A stretch of DNA of 63,855 nucleotides, filler included, from Octopus bimaculoides (Eukaryota), in assembly GCF_001194135.2 (NCBI RefSeq). It is 6 parts of 6 records of this genome, joined end to end, with 100 filler letters (N's around TTAATTAATTAA, not from the genome) between each part and the next. Parts side by side here need not be neighbours in the genome. Positions count along the whole stretch, not along the records: positions 1 to 23,213 come from NC_068984.1; 5 more parts are not named here. One strand, 5' to 3'. Both the position numbers and the translations under genes were made by a program. The notes beneath the pieces are model-generated. The model was not told the origin of the DNA. It worked only from the letters and a program-made list of their open reading frames with translations, and did no database searches. Shown one piece after another: positions 1 through 12,679 of the stretch; within the stretch, counting starts at the first letter, position 1, and each line of letters opens with the position of its first letter.

Positions 1-52
<52 letters not shown>

Positions 53-839
53 ACACACACACACACATATATATATATTTAGAAATTCTCCCATGTGCTC
101 CCTTCCAGTCTATTCCATCCGTCTGGTTCTGTTTACACACAGCTCCTACATATTCTTGCCCAGTTGCCAAATGATGATGATGCATTGCTAAGTTAAGATT
201 CTCTTGTTTTTTTTTTCGATCTTTCATATACTCATTTGCCATTAACACTTTAAATATATTATTTACTAACAGCTAGTTTTTCAGAAGCTAACCATTTAAG
301 CTGACCCTTCAATATATAACTTCTTCATCTCTCATGTAATTTCACGAAGATAATTACTCGTTTCTTGGTTTGTTTAAAATTTCTCGTTTCTTTGGTTTAA
401 TTTCTCGTTTCCGTGGTCTCAGTTCTCATCTACCATGAACACTCTGAATGTATATTATTATTATTATTATTATTATTACTATTATTTCCATTTCTCGTAC
501 CATCTCTCCAAATTAAACTTTGTTTGTTTGCGGTGTGCCCGCCCTTTCCTGCCCCCACCACCAATACCGGATATCTCTATCTCTATCTCCCCACCATCTA
601 CACTAGATATCTCTCTCCTCTCACCACCATTACTTGATGTCTCTTCTCTCAAACCACCACCACCCTCCTCACTGGGCTGTTCTCTATGTATTACCTGCAC
701 TCTTTCTTTCTAGCTTACCAGTCCCAATCAAACCATCTCACTCATGCCAACAAGGAAAAAATAAATGCTAAATGGTGATGATGATGATAGTATTGATCAG
801 ACAATCAGATGTTATCATACACCACTGGTCTCAATATAC

Positions 840-1055
840 TTCCACTTGTCTTGATTGTGTCCTTCTTTTCCATCTTGTCCCAAATTGCTTGACTAAATTG
901 TCTTCCTATCATCATGGAGGCCTTCCAAGTGGCCTGTTCTGATCTCTTGGATCCCACTCAGCAACTGCATAAGTCTATCTGGGATCTGTGAATCTTGCAA
1001 CATGCCCAGCTCAGCAGAACTTGCACTCTTGGTAGTCTGCAATCACACCATTCAC
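840..1055 (-). mobile_element. RTE-clade LINE 3' remnant
   Basis: Minus-strand translation AGHVARFTDPR*TYAVAEWDPRDQNRPLGRPP resembles the RTE RT C-terminus (GHVAR...W.P...RPRGRP); contains stops. Confidence 0.7.
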
Positions 1056-1204
1056 TCCGCTCTGTTCTCAAGTTATTTCAGGCTAAGAGATAATTAAGGA
1101 AGCATAATTGTCACATATTATATTACAGATAAATTCCTCTATTTACATAATATCGAGGTCTCATTCATTCTTTTGTTGTCTTACCATTACTATTAATATA
1201 TGTA

Positions 1205-1500
1205 TAGGGTAAAATTAATTAATTAATTGATAATTAATAATTTTACCAAGTAGTTCGGTATGGGTACCTTACATGTAGCACCAGCACAAGTGTCTGGGAG
1301 ATATCTTATGGTAGAAGAACAGTATTTAACTGCTATTTCTAAATTTTGGTATGTGGTGAAGCAATTTGCTGAACCCTAATTATAATTATGCTTATAATTA
1401 AAGAAATTTTGTATAAGGTTACCAATAAAGGTTATTTTAACATACCAAACTACTTGGTAAAATTATTAATTATTAATTAATTAATTAATTTCATCCTTTA
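1205..1500. mobile_element. AT-rich foldback/MITE-like element
   Basis: About 50-bp near-perfect inverted repeats at 1213-1262 and 1441-1491. Confidence 0.6.
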
Positions 1501-2389
1501 TTATTATTGAAAATATAATTCACTCCCTGATAGTAAACTGTAGTTTCTGCTGGATTACTCATAACACACGTGGATGATTGGGGAAGAATGCGAGTTCTTA
1601 CTCGTCTGTATAAATTCAGAAGTGCTGTTTTTTGAATATTAGTTATTCGATGTCGCTTGGTCAAATACTTATTTAATTATTATTACTCTCAAACTTATAA
1701 TTGAAATACTACACTGAAGAAGGAAATAAGTAAGTAAATATAAATTTTACATCTCTTTAATCCCGAAACATGTATGTAGTTAATCAAAGTTGGGTAGATT
1801 CGTTATTTTTTCTCTTTACCTGCGTAAAATAAGAGTATTGCTGTCTGGGAGATGTCTTATGGTAAAGGAACAGTATTTAACTGCTATTTCTAAATTTCGG
1901 TATCTGGTGAAGCAATTTGCTGAACCCTAATTACAACTATGCTTAAAATTATAGAATTTAAATATATATATATATATATATGTAAAATTATCATTTAAAT
2001 GTCCACTTTTCCAGGCAGAATTCATTGAAACAGATTTTCTATTGTTAGAGACCCTTCCAGTTACCATCCTAAGTAATATTTCCACTATAGCCAGACATGT
2101 TTCCATGAAAAATTGAAAACGTTCATTTACAAACTATGACATACTATCAAAACAAGGAGACACAAACACATGCATGCACACACATGCACACACACACATA
2201 CACGCACGCACACATGTACGCACACACACATGCGTGACAAGCTTCTTTCAGTCTCTGTCTACCAAATTCACTCATAAAGCTTTGATTGGCCCAAAGTAAT
2301 AGAAGACACTTGCCTAGTGTGCCACACTGTGAGACTGAACCCAAAACCACATGGTTGGGAAGAAATTTTCTCTACCACACAACCATGCC

Positions 2390-2690
2390 TATATATGGTG
2401 GATTCAAAGCTAAAGGTACAGATGGTGCAGCAGAAATCACTCAGCAAGGTTTACACATGGGAATGTCTAAAACATACATCAATAATGCAAAGTATTGCTT
2501 GATTTACATGATGTGGATCTCAGTGATGGAGATGTTTTAAATTCAGAGTCACTACATACACAGAATGAAGATGATAGCCAAGACTGGAAAGCTGAAGATG
2601 AGATACTAAAATATTCTCAATTAAAAAACTCAGAATTTGATGCTATTTTTCAAGTAATTTTTGAACATGAGAAACCAAATGATAATAGAT
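2390..2690 (+). pseudogene. Possible pogo/Tigger-type transposase C-terminal remnant
   Basis: Frameshifted GFK..AAEITQQGLHMG..VLLDLHDVDLSDGDVL plus an acidic tail loosely resembles Tigger C-termini; judged by eye only. Confidence 0.35.
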
Positions 2691-2901
2691 GCAGATGGAA
2701 AGAGAGGGGAGAGAGGAGAAGGAGAGAAAGAGAGAGGGAGAGAAAGAGAGGGGAGAGAAAGAGAGAGGGAGAGAAAGAGAGAGAGAGAGAAAGAGAGGGG
2801 GAGAGAAAGAGAGAGGGAGAGAAAGAGAGAGGGAGGGAAAGAGAGAGGGAGAGAAAGAGAGAGGGAGGGAAAGAGAGAGGGAGAGAAAGAGAGAGGGAGG
2901 G
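2690..2901. repeat. GA-rich compound microsatellite
   Basis: (GA/GGGA/GAAA)n running into a gap. Confidence 0.95.
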
Positions 2902-3568
2902 NNNNNNNNNNNNNNNNNNNNNNNNNNNNNNNNNNNNNNNNNNNNNNNNNNNNNNNNNNNNNNNNNNNNNNNNNNNNNNNNNNNNNNNNNNNNNNNNNNN
3001 NNNNNNNNNNNNNNNNNNNNNNNNNNNNNNNNNNNNNNNNNNNNNNNNNNNNNNNNNNNNNNNNNNNNNNNNNNNNNNNNNNNNNNNNNNNNNNNNNNNN
3101 NNNNNNNNNNNNNNNNNNNNNNNNNNNNNNNNNNNNNNNNNNNNNNNNNNNNNNNNNNNNNNNNNNNNNNNNNNNNNNNNNNNNNNNNNNNNNNNNNNNN
3201 NNNNNNNNNNNNNNNNNNNNNNNNNNNNNNNNNNNNNNNNNNNNNNNNNNNNNNNNNNNNNNNNNNNNNNNNNNNNNNNNNNNNNNNNNNNNNNNNNNNN
3301 NNNNNNNNNNNNNNNNNNNNNNNNNNNNNNNNNNNNNNNNNNNNNNNNNNNNNNNNNNNNNNNNNNNNNNNNNNNNNNNNNNNNNNNNNNNNNNNNNNNN
3401 NNNNNNNNNNNNNNNNNNNNNNNNNNNNNNNNNNNNNNNNNNNNNNNNNNNNNNNNNNNNNNNNNNNNNNNNNNNNNNNNNNNNNNNNNNNNNNNNNNNN
3501 NNNNNNNNNNNNNNNNNNNNNNNNNNNNNNNNNNNNNNNNNNNNNNNNNNNNNNNNNNNNNNNNNNNN

Positions 3569-3700
3569 ATGTATGTATGTATGTATGATGTATGTATGTA
3601 TTATGTATGTATGTATGTATGATGTATGTATGTATTTATTTATGTATGTATGTATGATGTATGTATGTATGTATGTATGTATGTATGCATGTATGTATAT
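3569..3700. repeat. (TATG)n microsatellite
   Basis: Direct reading. Confidence 0.95.
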
Positions 3701-4354
3701 ACGCATGCATGCATGTCTTTGTGTCTGTGTTTGTCCTGCCACCATCACTTGACAACTGATATCGGTGTGTTTATGTCCCCATGACTTAGTGGTTCAGCCT
3801 AAGAGACCAATAGGATAAGTACTAGGCTTACAGAGAATAAGTCCTGGGGTCAATTAAAAGAATAAAACAATAAAACAATATATGTTCAGATGTGGCTGTG
3901 TGGTAAGACATTTGCTTCCCAGCCACATGGTTCTGAGATCAATTCCACTGCATGGCACCTTGGGCAAGTGTCTTCTATAATAGTCCTGGGCCAACCAAAA
4001 CCTTGTAAGTGGAGTTCATCAGCAGAAACTGATAGAAACTTGTTGTGCACATGTGTGTATGCATGCATGCATGCGTGCGTGTGTGTGTGTGTGTGTATTA
4101 CTGTCTCTTTGCCTTGACATTGCGTGATGATTGTAAATGAATGTCATCATCATGCAAGCAGTGCATTTTATTCCTAATCTTCCACAAAAACATGTCTGGG
4201 TATGGGAAAATAGTACTATACATGGGAACAAGTGAAGGTTGACCACAGGAAAGGTACCCAGCTGTACGAAAGTCATGTCAACAAATCTCTAGCTGACCCA
4301 TGTGAGCCTGGAAAAGTGAATGTTGAAACAATGATAATAAATTTATCTGAATTA

Positions 4355-4450
4355 TTACTGATCAAAGGCATTCCAATCATAGCCGTTCCATCTTTTCATA
4401 TGGGTATCCCAGATAAAATTATTTGGTATGTCCTTTCCCCTCACACAACC
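4355..4450 (-). CDS. Terminal coding exon (GCVRGKDIPNNFIWDTHMKRWNGYDWNAFDQ*)
   Basis: Acceptor tttttaaaaaaag|GGT, phase 0 matches the previous exon; ends in tandem TAA TAA. Confidence 0.75.
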   Translation of the reverse strand, partial: GCVRGKDIPNNFIWDTHMKRWNGYDWNAFDQ

Positions 4451-4555
4451 CTTTTTTTAAAAATAAAAATAGAATAGTATTTGTAAGATATTTGGCTGTT
4501 ATTTCATGCAGATTGAACACAAATGTAGAAGTAAAAAGTATGGAATAATACTCAC

Positions 4556-4677
4556 AAGTGCTGTTCTGAAGTGAATGAACATTTTACCTAAACATTCATA
4601 AGTGCTTTCAGGAGTTATGTCAATGTGAGGTTTGGCATGACCTGATACATACTTTGTGTAGTGAGGAAGTTTTTCTT
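4556..4677 (-). CDS. Internal coding exon (EEKLPHYTKYVSGHAKPHIDITPESTYECLGKMFIHFRTAL)
   Basis: tttcctaaatag|AAG...CTT|gtgagt; 122 nt, phase 1 to 0, open. Confidence 0.85.
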
Positions 4678-4939
4678 CTATTTAGGAAAATATAAATATA
4701 AGACTGTGTTTTTGTATCTGGTTTGCAAGATTCTTTATATGAATTCATGTGTTGAAACAAATTTTGTTGTCTGAGGAGAGTCATATTGTCTTTATACCTT
4801 ATTATCTAGCACACTCACTGGTTTGATTTCCACTCATTTATTATTTATATTTTTCCTTCTAAAATTTTCGTTGCTTTTGCATCCTTGTCAATGAATGTTG
4901 ACTGTCTGTTATTGGAGCTGTAATAGTGGACAAAGTCAA

Positions 4940-5390
4940 CCTCTATTGACAAGGTAGCAAAAGCAGCGCCAGTGGAGCACTAACAGCACTGTCGAGCGTG
5001 TTCATTGCCAGAGCAGCTATCTGGCTTCCATGCTAGTGGCCCGTAAACAGCACCATTAGAGCGTACTCGTTACCAGAGTTGCCTTCTAGCACTTGTGCTG
5101 GTAGCACGTTAGAAAATCATTCGAGCGAGGTCATTGCCAGTGCCGCTGGACTGGCTCCTGTGCAGGTGGCATGTAAAAAACACCTTTTTGAGCGTGGCTG
5201 TTGCCAGTACCATGTGACTGGCCCTCGGGGCAGTGGCATGTAAAAGCACCCACTACACTCTCGGATCCAGCTGTAGAAACTCTGCCAGATCAGATTGGAG
5301 CCTAGTGCAGCCTTCTGGCTTGCCAGTCCTCAGTCAAACCGTCCAACCTATGCTAGCATGGAAAGCGGACATTAAACGATGATGATGATG
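4940..5390 (+). mobile_element. Retroposon 3' region with internal tandem subrepeats and (GAT)n tail
   Basis: Ends gtccaacc(c)atgctagcatggaaagcggac(g)ttaaacgatgatgatg; the same family is at 8676-9007, 21380-21670, 22985-23213 and 25128-25695. Confidence 0.75.
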
Positions 5391-8118
5391 AATAAATGAG
5401 TGGAAATTGAACAGGTGAGTATGATACATAATAAGGCATTAAGACAATATCACTCTCCCCAGACACAACAAAATAAATATAAAAACAAACATTTAAAAAC
5501 AGACATTTAATAACAAGTAAAGTTTTTTGAAAATTACTTTAAATCTATTTCATGAGGCATCAAAATTTTCATTGCAAAACTAAAACCTGATATCACTGAG
5601 TTGTNNNNNNNNNNNNNNNNNNNNNNNNNNNNNNNNNNNNNNNNNNNNNNNNNNNNNNNNNNNNNNNNNNNNNNNNNNNNNNNNNNNNNNNNNNNNNNNN
5701 NNNNNNNNNNNNNNNNNNNNNNNNNNNNNNNNNNNNNNNNNNNNNNNNNNNNNNNNNNNNNNNNNNNNNNNNNNNNNNNNNNNNNNNNNNNNNNNNNNNN
5801 NNNNNNNNNNNNNNNNNNNNNNNNNNNNNNNNNNNNNNNNNNNNNNNNNNNNNNNNNNNNNNNNNNNNNNNNNNNNNNNNNNNNNNNNNNNNNNNNNNNN
5901 NNNNNNNNNNNNNNNNNNNNNNNNNNNNNNNNNNNNNNNNNNNNNNNNNNNNNNNNNNNNNNNNNNNNNNNNNNNNNNNNNNNNNNNNNNNNNNNNNNNN
6001 NNNNNNNNNNNNNNNNNNNNNNNNNNNNNNNNNNNNNNNNNNNNNNNNNNNNNNNNNNNNNNNNNNNNNNNNNNNNNNNNNNNNNNNNNNNNNNNNNNNN
6101 NNNNNNNNNNNNNNNNNNNNNNNNNNNNNNNNNNNNNNNNNNNNNNNNNNNNNNNNNNNNNNNNNNNNNNNNNNNNNNNNNNNNNNNNNNNNNNNNNNNN
6201 NNNNNNNNNNNNNNNNNNNNNNNNNNNNNNNNNNNNNNNNNNNNNNNNNNNNNNNNNNNNNNNNNNNNNNNNNNNNNNNNNNNNNNNNNNNNNNNNNNNN
6301 NNNNNNNNNNNNNNNNNNNNNNNNNNNNNNNNNNNNNNNNNNNNNNNNNNNNNNNNNNNNNNNNNNNNNNNNNNNNNNNNNNNNNNNNNNNNNNNNNNNN
6401 NNNNNNNNNNNNNNNNNNNNNNNNNNNNNNNNNNNNNNNNNNNNNNNNNNNNNNNNNNNNNNNNNNNNNNNNNNNNNNNNNNNNNNNNNNNNNNNNNNNN
6501 NNNNNNNNNNNNNNNNNNNNNNNNNNNNNNNNNNNNNTATATATGGAGAGAGAGAGAGAGAGCAGTGGTAAATTAAATTAGCAGCATGATAACCTAAGTT
6601 GCATATTTGTGCTTTTGACAGCATATCGTTAATTAAACAACAACTATTTTATGCACAATGTAAATCAGAAAAACCTCAATCCCCCATTTGTAACTATCTT
6701 TCACACTCTTGAAAACTTCCCTAGCCACCCACTCACCCTTTCTGTTCCTCTACTCCTATTCTCTTTCTTATATTCATCTTGTACATTCAGGGTGCATGCT
6801 CACCATCTCTCTCTCTCTCTCCAGTTGGTAAATCATGTATCTCCTCTTCAGCAAGATACCTGTTTCTGTCCCAGTACACCCTGTAAAGTGGTTGGTGTTA
6901 GGAAGGGTATCTATCTGCAAAAACCATGACAGAGCAGACATTGAAGCCCAGCACAGCCTTCTGGGTCATTAGTTGTCTGCTAGTGTTCTTTATATCACCA
7001 TTCATAGAAATTGCTTGTCAAATGTTCAGATGAGTCTTATATTTCATAATAAATCCTCTTTCATTGTTGTTCATTGTTTGTGAAATGAAAATATTTTAAA
7101 ATTGAGCAGTTCCATTCTGGCACATATTACCACATGTTCACTTGATGGAATTTACCTGACTTTTCATTATTAATCTGTTGTTTATGTATCATATTAACTT
7201 CCCCTTTTTACATTTTCATACTTGTATGGGACAGACAAAATTTGCTGAGGCAGATTTTTTTACAGCTGGATACCCTTCCTGTCACCAACCCTCAACAGTT
7301 TCAAAGTATGTTAATATTTCCTCGTGGCTAGACATGTTTTTCACAGAAGGAACAATCTTACTTGCATGATGCTCAGTTCATTTACAACCACCACATGATG
7401 TCAAAACAAGTACACACACACACACACACAGAGCAGACTTCTTTGAGTTTCCACCTACCATATCCACTCACAAGGCTTTTGTTCTCCACAGGCTAGAGTA
7501 GAAGACACTTTCCCAAATGAATGATGATAACAATTGAAAAGAACTAATTACTGGTCAAAAAAATTGTGGTCTTGGGAACTAAGCTTCTTAACCACACCGT
7601 CACATTGGTGTGAGTATGTCTGTTTTTCTATTGCAATGTAAAATGGTGTCTCAAGTTGTTTCCTTTCACACATGAAATATAACATAGCTATTTGATGGAT
7701 TTGAAAATGATGCAATAAGTATCAGACTTTAATAAATATTTGAAATGAGAAAGCAACAAAATTCTTGAGTGACTGAAACCAGTAAGAGAATAAAAGAAAA
7801 TGTCAGAAAGTATGAGCTTTAAACATTAAAAATGCCAAATTATGATTACATATGCAATTAAAGAAAACAAAAATTATTTGATGACGAACATTAGCTTCAC
7901 CTCAGCAAATATGGGAGGCAACTCTGTGCATGCTTTGTTCTATTTGCAACTCTCCTGCAAAATGCCGAATTATCATGACTAGCTAAAGTATTAGAGATCA
8001 AATAGCTTAGTAAACATACAAGAATGTATTGGCATAGAATAATGAAAGTGATCAAAAACTAAATTAATCTGGATGAAATTAAAATGCATTATCTTAGCTT
8101 GGATAATAAAAGATGTAC

Positions 8119-8210
8119 CTTGTTTCAATACTGTTGCATCTATCACTGTATAATCGAGGAAGAGGCCATTGTTTTCAAACGAAATCCACTCGTAATCAAA
8201 ACCTCTGCCA
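8119..8210 (-). CDS. Internal coding exon (GRGFDYEWISFENNGLFLDYTVIDATVLKQ)
   Basis: aatttttag|TGG...CAAG|gtacat; 92 nt, phase 2 to 1. Confidence 0.85.
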
Positions 8211-8459
8211 CTAAAAATTTGCAAATAAGGAAAAAATAATGTATGAATATTCATTACAATTGATATAAAATCTATGTTTTACTTCAGAATTTATAAAGCA
8301 TTTAGATTCCAAGTGCAAACAACATTTTCTTTAGCTAGTTAATCAAGAAAATACAAGCAAACCATTAATTTGTATCTATTTGTGAGTAGAATTTCTGTTT
8401 AAGAAAAACTAAAAAAACTATGTAACACACTAAACAACATATAAACTAACAGATTTTTC

Positions 8460-8665
8460 TATTATAGGACAAAGCCTGAAATTTTGGCAGGAGGGGACAG
8501 TCAATTACATCAACCCCAATGCTCAATTGGTACTTATTTTATCTATCTTAAAGGGATGAAAGATGAAGTCAAGTTCAGCTGAATTTGAACTCACAATGTA
8601 AAGATGGATGAAATGCCACATAGCACTGTATCTGGCATGCTAATAATTCTGCCAGCGCACTAGCT
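8460..8665 (-). mobile_element. Nin/Deu-domain-type SINE, CpG-decayed copy
   Basis: Same layout as the intact copies at 41.0-41.25 kb, with CpG changed to TG/CA; similar decayed copies at 10995-11200 and 17785-17995. Confidence 0.75.
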
Positions 8666-8675
8666 TTCATCATCA

Positions 8676-9007
8676 TCATCATCATCATCATCATTTAACG
8701 TCCGCTTTCCATGCTAGCATGGGTTGGACGATTTGACTGAGGACTGGTGAAACCGGATGGCAACACCAGGCTCCAGTCTTATTTGGCATAGTTTCTACAG
8801 CTGGATGCCCTTCCTAACGCCAACCACTCAGAGAGTGTAGTGGGTGCTTTTACGTGTCACCCGCACGAAAACGGCCATGCTCGAAATGGTGTCTTTTATG
8901 TGCCACCCGCACAAGCCAGTCCAGGGGCGCTGGCAACGATCTCGCTCAAAAATCCTACAGGAGCCAGTCAGGCGGTACTGGCAACGGCCACGCTCAAAAT
9001 GGTGCAT
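8676..9007 (-). mobile_element. Young retroposon 3' fragment with (CAT)n tail
   Basis: Near-identical to 22985-23213 and 25128-25455. Confidence 0.8.
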
Positions 9008-9988
9008 CTCATTATTTTTTTATTTAGTTTTTATCTAAGGTATTTTGCAGTTATAAACTTTAATCAACTAAAGGTTAGCTGTTCTAGCCCAGTTGGATCT
9101 CCTTGTGCTTCATTGCTTGATTTTTTTTCAGTCAGCTCTATATGTTCATAATTTATATTAGCTTCTTCACATGAGTTAATTATCATGAAGTGTAGATTTA
9201 ACCATAAGAGTTCAAGAAAAATTACGTAAGACGCTTCAAAACATATGACTAAATAAATTTTATATAACTAGGTTATATTCAATTAGGAAAAATTTGTATG
9301 GTCATTATTATTTTAAACAAGATTAACTATCAATGTTATATAGGAACAAAGATTTTCAGTTGTTCAAACGTTATTAATATATATTCAAATCCTATTTTAT
9401 ATAATTATTAATCTGTATCTGGCAGGTTATCCAAAATACTGGAAAAGTGGATTTAATGCATTTCAGGACTTAGTTTTGTTTCATATTTAGAATCAAAACT
9501 GCCAAATGGTTTGATCTTGAATTTTCAGTTACCCAGAATCAATAAACTAAATACCAATATTACTATTGATATATTGTGGTCAAATAAATCAACTTCAGCC
9601 CTTCTTTGGGAAACTTACCCATATATCAGTGCAAGAAATCAATATTTGTTATTGTTAAAAGGACAAAAGTGCTAGATAATTATTTGTTGATAATGGTTTC
9701 TTGTTATTGTTTATGATTTCTTAAGATCTGTTCTGAGCATGTTAATTGACTTTTAACAATTAATTGTGCAGTTTATATTCGTAATTAATATTTATTACAG
9801 TAGAGGTGGTTGACACAAGTAAGCATCAGCTCAAAATATGTAGTTTTCAATGAAATGTTTATTCTGGGTTAAAATATTGCCAACTCTGTCTTTGCTTTTT
9901 ATCTGTCCAGAGTAAATAAAGCAGATAGCAATGATCTGAACAAAAGAATTTCATAATTGCAATGTTTTATATTTTAGTTGGTACTTAC

Positions 9989-10040
9989 AAGTTTTCAGCT
10001 GTCACATTGGGTTGAACCCTTAGATAGTGTTCATACTTTT
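9989..10040 (-). CDS. Internal coding exon (EKYEHYLRVQPNVTAENF)
   Basis: ttccttattag|AAA...ACTT|gtaagt; 52 nt, phase 1 to 2; the only open frame fits both neighbours. Confidence 0.8.
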
Positions 10041-10426
10041 CTAATAAGGAATTAAATAGGGCAATAGCTTGCAGCATATTGAGCTGAAAATCATAGAGAA
10101 TTATGTTAATTAGGTAATTTATGACACAAAAGTAAAGGTAAATGAAAAACCAAAAATGGGTCAAAAGAAGAAATATATTATTGCTACAAAGTCAATAGCT
10201 TTAGTTGTCTGTGAAAATATGTTCTTCTCAGATGTTTTTGTTTTTATGATTTTATTCATTCACATCTGTTTCTATAGAACATGAGTACTAGAATAGTGTT
10301 GTTTGCTCTGAGCAGAGATATAAGATTTTCATTTTATGATTTTAGTCAAAAGGAAGTTGGCAACAGGCCCTCTATGAATGGTGAAATTGACCCTGCAGAT
10401 GTGAGTGTAAATAGCAATAAACTGAC

Positions 10427-10610
10427 CTTTGTAGGAACAAAAATGGGCTGAAATTTCAGAGAACTGATGTTGTGGAGAAGAAGGATTAAATCTGGTATTT
10501 AGTGCTGAAGGGGAGACACAGAATAGGTGATGACAGGAAAGGAGAGATGAGTATGCTATGTGGGCTTGGATGGAAATGGTAAGAAGTGAGCTAGCACTGA
10601 GGAATAGAGG
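10427..10610 (-). CDS. Internal coding exon (PLFLSASSLL...SAHFCSYK)
   Basis: gtcttttttcatcag|CCT...AAAG|gtcagt; 184 nt, phase 0 to 1. Confidence 0.8.
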
Positions 10611-10807
10611 CTGATGAAAAAAGACAATATAAAATATCATTTGATCAGCCTCATAGATTGTCTCTTTTGTGGAAGATGTCAAAAAATTTACTGAAGATAA
10701 TTTGATGACTATGAAAATTAAGTTGAGCAGTTACATAGCTATGCTATGGTGGTGGTGGTGGTGGCAGTGGCGGCGGTGGTGGTGATGATGATGATGATGT
10801 TGCTCAC

Positions 10808-10912
10808 CTGACATTTATATGGTAGTTCTTTTTCCATGATTTGTCTGGTATACTTTCTATTCAGAAAGTTCTTGACACATTTAGGTACAAATTTAGTGAG
10901 AACCGATAAGGC
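10808..10912 (-). CDS. Internal coding exon (ALSVLTKFVPKCVKNFLNRKYTRQIMEKELPYKCQ)
   Basis: tttatctccag|GCC...CAG|gtgagc; 105 nt, phase 0 to 0. Confidence 0.85.
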
Positions 10913-11689
10913 CTGGAGATAAACAATAAAACATACAATTTTCATCAACTACCACACAAATAGATTAAAGTTTATAATATTAATAATTCTTTCTACTATA
11001 GGCTCAAGGCCTGAAATTTTGGAGGGGAGGGATAAGTCAATTACATTGACCCCCAGTGCTCAAATGGTACTTTTGTTTTTTACCCCTAAAAGATGAAAGG
11101 CAAAGTAGACCTCAGCAAAATTTGAACTCAGAACATACAACCAGAAGAAATGTTCCTAAGAATTTTGTCTGGTATGCTAATGATTCTGCCATCTTCCCAC
11201 TTTTATAATTTTTATAATATTCAATCAATAGAAAAGATTATCTTGAAAAAAGTCTATGAAATTTTTGGATGGCATTTAATGTTAAATCTACACTTGTAAA
11301 TAATGAATTCTAGATTTGCATGTTCTAACTTTTATCCATATCTTTATGCATCTGTGCAGATCAGATTAAGTTCAGTCTCCGTTTATCCTTAAGTAAGCTT
11401 TATAAAGTGGAAAAACAAATAAACTTTTTGATCAGTTCAAATATATTTGTGACATATTTCACCTACAAAATGGCTATTTTCACTGCAATTTGCCAAGGAG
11501 TAAAATTCACACTTTAAGCAAAAAGTGAAAAACACCAAAGCCATTCAGAATGCTCCCTATGGACTGATATATGCATTTCATGTTCTTTACACTCTCATCA
11601 GTATCAGATACCTAATGGAACAACTCAAAAATGACGACGACAATAACAAGATGAAGAAAAAGCAGTGTAAATATTTTTTTAAAACTTAC

Positions 11690-11740
11690 CTTTAGTTTGA
11701 CAGCTTCAACATCAGGTGGGTCAGATGCAAAAATTCGCTT
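11690..11740 (-). CDS. Internal coding exon (KRIFASDPPDVEAVKLK)
   Basis: ttttgttattttag|AAG...AAG|gtaagt; 51 nt, phase 0 to 0. Confidence 0.82.
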
Positions 11741-12249
11741 CTAAAATAACAAAAGAAACAAAATAATTTTACTGAAAATGAAGTTGGTAATGTACAATGG
11801 AACATAAGGGGACATTTTATTAAAAAAAATCTCTTGAAGCAGTGCAGTGTTCATGCAATATTTTTCTCTCATTTGTTGCAAGGTCTGCAAAAAAGGAAGA
11901 AAGATCTTGAAATGAAGATGTGATGTGAATGTTCACATCGTTTGCTAATTGCAAACCTAGTGATGCTAGAGTTGCATAATCTTGCTAATTGCAAAACTAG
12001 TGGATGTGTGGCACTGTTTTTCTATATATTGCAAGCTAGGATGAACTACTGCTATGTGATTGAAATCACATTATCTGGTGATCTCAGTGCTAGATTAGTA
12101 GGGAGTACTCTCCCCACTTACAATATATATTGAGTGTGAAGTACGCTGAATAACCAGCTGAAGGAGGCATCCTCCTGGAGTTAAAATAGCAGTATTGTCT
12201 GTTCTTATAGAACACCCATATTTATGTGGCAATAAACATTATTTCTCAG

Positions 12250-12679
12250 CATAGATACTGTAGCCTCTGAGTATCCAGTGTTATCTCGAAAGGCAGTTAA
12301 GATTTTGCTACCGTTTGCAACAACATATTTATGCGAAGCAGGATTTTCGGCACTGACCCATCTGAAAAACAAATACAGATCCAGACTTGCTCCAGAAAGT
12401 GACCTACGTGTATGTTTGTCATTAATATCTCCAAGAATTGACAGTTTGTGCAAAGCCAAGCAAGCACATCCTTCTCACTAAGTATGTATTAAAAAAATCC
12501 TGTGTGTATAATTGACAATAAACTTATTTGTTAAATACTGTTAAATAAATAAATATAAAAATATATGTTATTTTAAGCAAATATTTATGTATAAATTTCA
12601 TAAGCATTTATATGGGGGTTCCTAATGTAAAGCCTGAAATATAAAGGGGTCCGCTTGTCAAAAAGTTTGAAAACCCCTG
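12250..12679 (+). mobile_element. hAT (Buster/Charlie-type) transposon 3' remnant
   Basis: EYPVLSRKAVKILLPFATTYLCEAGFS...KNKYRSRL...QAHPSH* is the hAT dimerisation domain; right TIR aaaagtttgaaaacccctg at 12661-12679. Confidence 0.88.

Noticed and set aside
4355-4450. Similarity of the C-terminus to NT5DC-type 5'-nucleotidases or SAC phosphatases
   Set aside because: Only a few scattered residues match and the surrounding catalytic motifs are absent, so no gene symbol was assigned.
4960-5270. Regularly spaced short repeats (cattgccag...) resembling a CRISPR array
   Set aside because: These are degenerate internal subrepeats of a dispersed retroposon, recurring at 8.9 and 25.3 kb, with no unique spacers and no cas genes.
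10346-10400. Plus-strand exon-like segment QKEVGNRPSMNGEIDPAD with gtgagt donor
   Set aside because: No compatible partner exons found; it lies antisense within an intron of the supported gene.
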